From: Eikenella corrodens
Lineage (GTDB): Bacteria; Pseudomonadota; Gammaproteobacteria; Burkholderiales; Neisseriaceae
Assembly: GCF_003990355.1 (NCBI RefSeq)
Contig: NZ_CP034670.1
Span: forward strand, 535,316-567,315
Direction of reading: 5' to 3'
DNA length: 32,000 nt
This document shows positions 31,711 through 32,000 of this stretch, piece by piece (position 1 is the first letter of the stretch; each line of letters begins with the position of its first letter). The notes beneath the pieces are model-generated. The model did no database searches. It worked only from the letters and a program-made list of their open reading frames with translations, and had not been told where the DNA came from. Position numbers and translations under genes: made by a program.

Positions 31711-32000
31711 TTACAGGCCGTGTACTTTAAAGCGGCCTTCAACCGGGGCGAACTGCTTGTCGGCAGCGGGCGCGGCGATGCCGCCGAATACGAGCTGGGC
31801 GCGCAGGGTCCAGCTGGCGGGGATTTGCCATTGTTCGGCCACGGCTTGGTCGATAACGGGGTTGTAGTGTTGCAGGTTGGCGCCGATGCCGGCGGCGGCG
31901 AAGGTGGTCCACACGGCGTATTGGTGCATGGCGTCGGCGTGTTCGGCCCACACGGGGAAGTTGGCGGCGTAGGCGGGGAATTGCTCTTGCAGGCCGCGCA
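31711..32000 (-). CDS. Nitroreductase-family NAD(P)H oxidoreductase, C-terminal part (N-terminus beyond window)
   Basis: The reading frame is open to the window edge. It reads ...FPAYAANFPVWAEHADAMHQYAVWTTFAAAGIGANLQHYNPVIDQAVAEQWQIPASWTLRAQLVFGG...; the ANLQHYNP block is typical of this family. Confidence 0.7.
   Translation of the reverse strand, partial: RGLQEQFPAYAANFPVWAEHADAMHQYAVWTTFAAAGIGANLQHYNPVIDQAVAEQWQIPASWTLRAQLVFGGIAAPAADKQFAPVEGRFKVHGL

Noticed and set aside
1-32000. Search for CRISPR arrays, rRNA and tRNA genes.
   Set aside because: I found no regularly spaced direct repeats with unique spacers and no rRNA-like or cloverleaf-compatible segments by eye. The only periodic repeats are DUS pairs and the MITE/REP elements described above.

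Overview
This is a GC-rich Neisseriaceae chromosome segment. By eye I count about 34 exact copies of GCTACCTGAA, the core of the Eikenella-type DNA uptake sequence AGGCTACCTGAA. Most are inverted pairs behind genes, so the source is probably Eikenella corrodens or a close relative. Core genes: nudB (partial), an RsuA-family pseudouridine synthase, an OmpA-like lipoprotein, cysS, lrgA/lrgB-like, nnrS, maf, dnaJ, sstT, tamA, tamB, waaA and a partial nitroreductase. Accessory content: an intact IS1595-family IS with a 7-bp target duplication, two ~103-bp Correia-like MITEs, an IS5-like element with a frameshifted transposase upstream of tamA, a ~1-kb AT-rich island with a frameshifted HTH orphan gene, and an ankyrin-SUFU immunity-like gene next to a possible toxin-tip remnant. 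The main feature is a ~9.4-kb lower-GC filamentous (Nf/MDA-like) prophage at 4922-14284 that ends in an IS110-family DEDD recombinase. Three copies of ACGGTATCTTT mark its left end, a point just upstream of the recombinase gene, and its right end. The 176-nt non-coding gap upstream of the recombinase can fold into a stem with a symmetric internal loop. One loop strand is exactly complementary over 12 nt to the right chromosomal junction. I read this as a candidate bridge/seek RNA guiding phage integration; this is a hypothesis, not shown. I saw no rRNA, tRNA or CRISPR. All coordinates, counts and folds were derived by eye and need computational confirmation.
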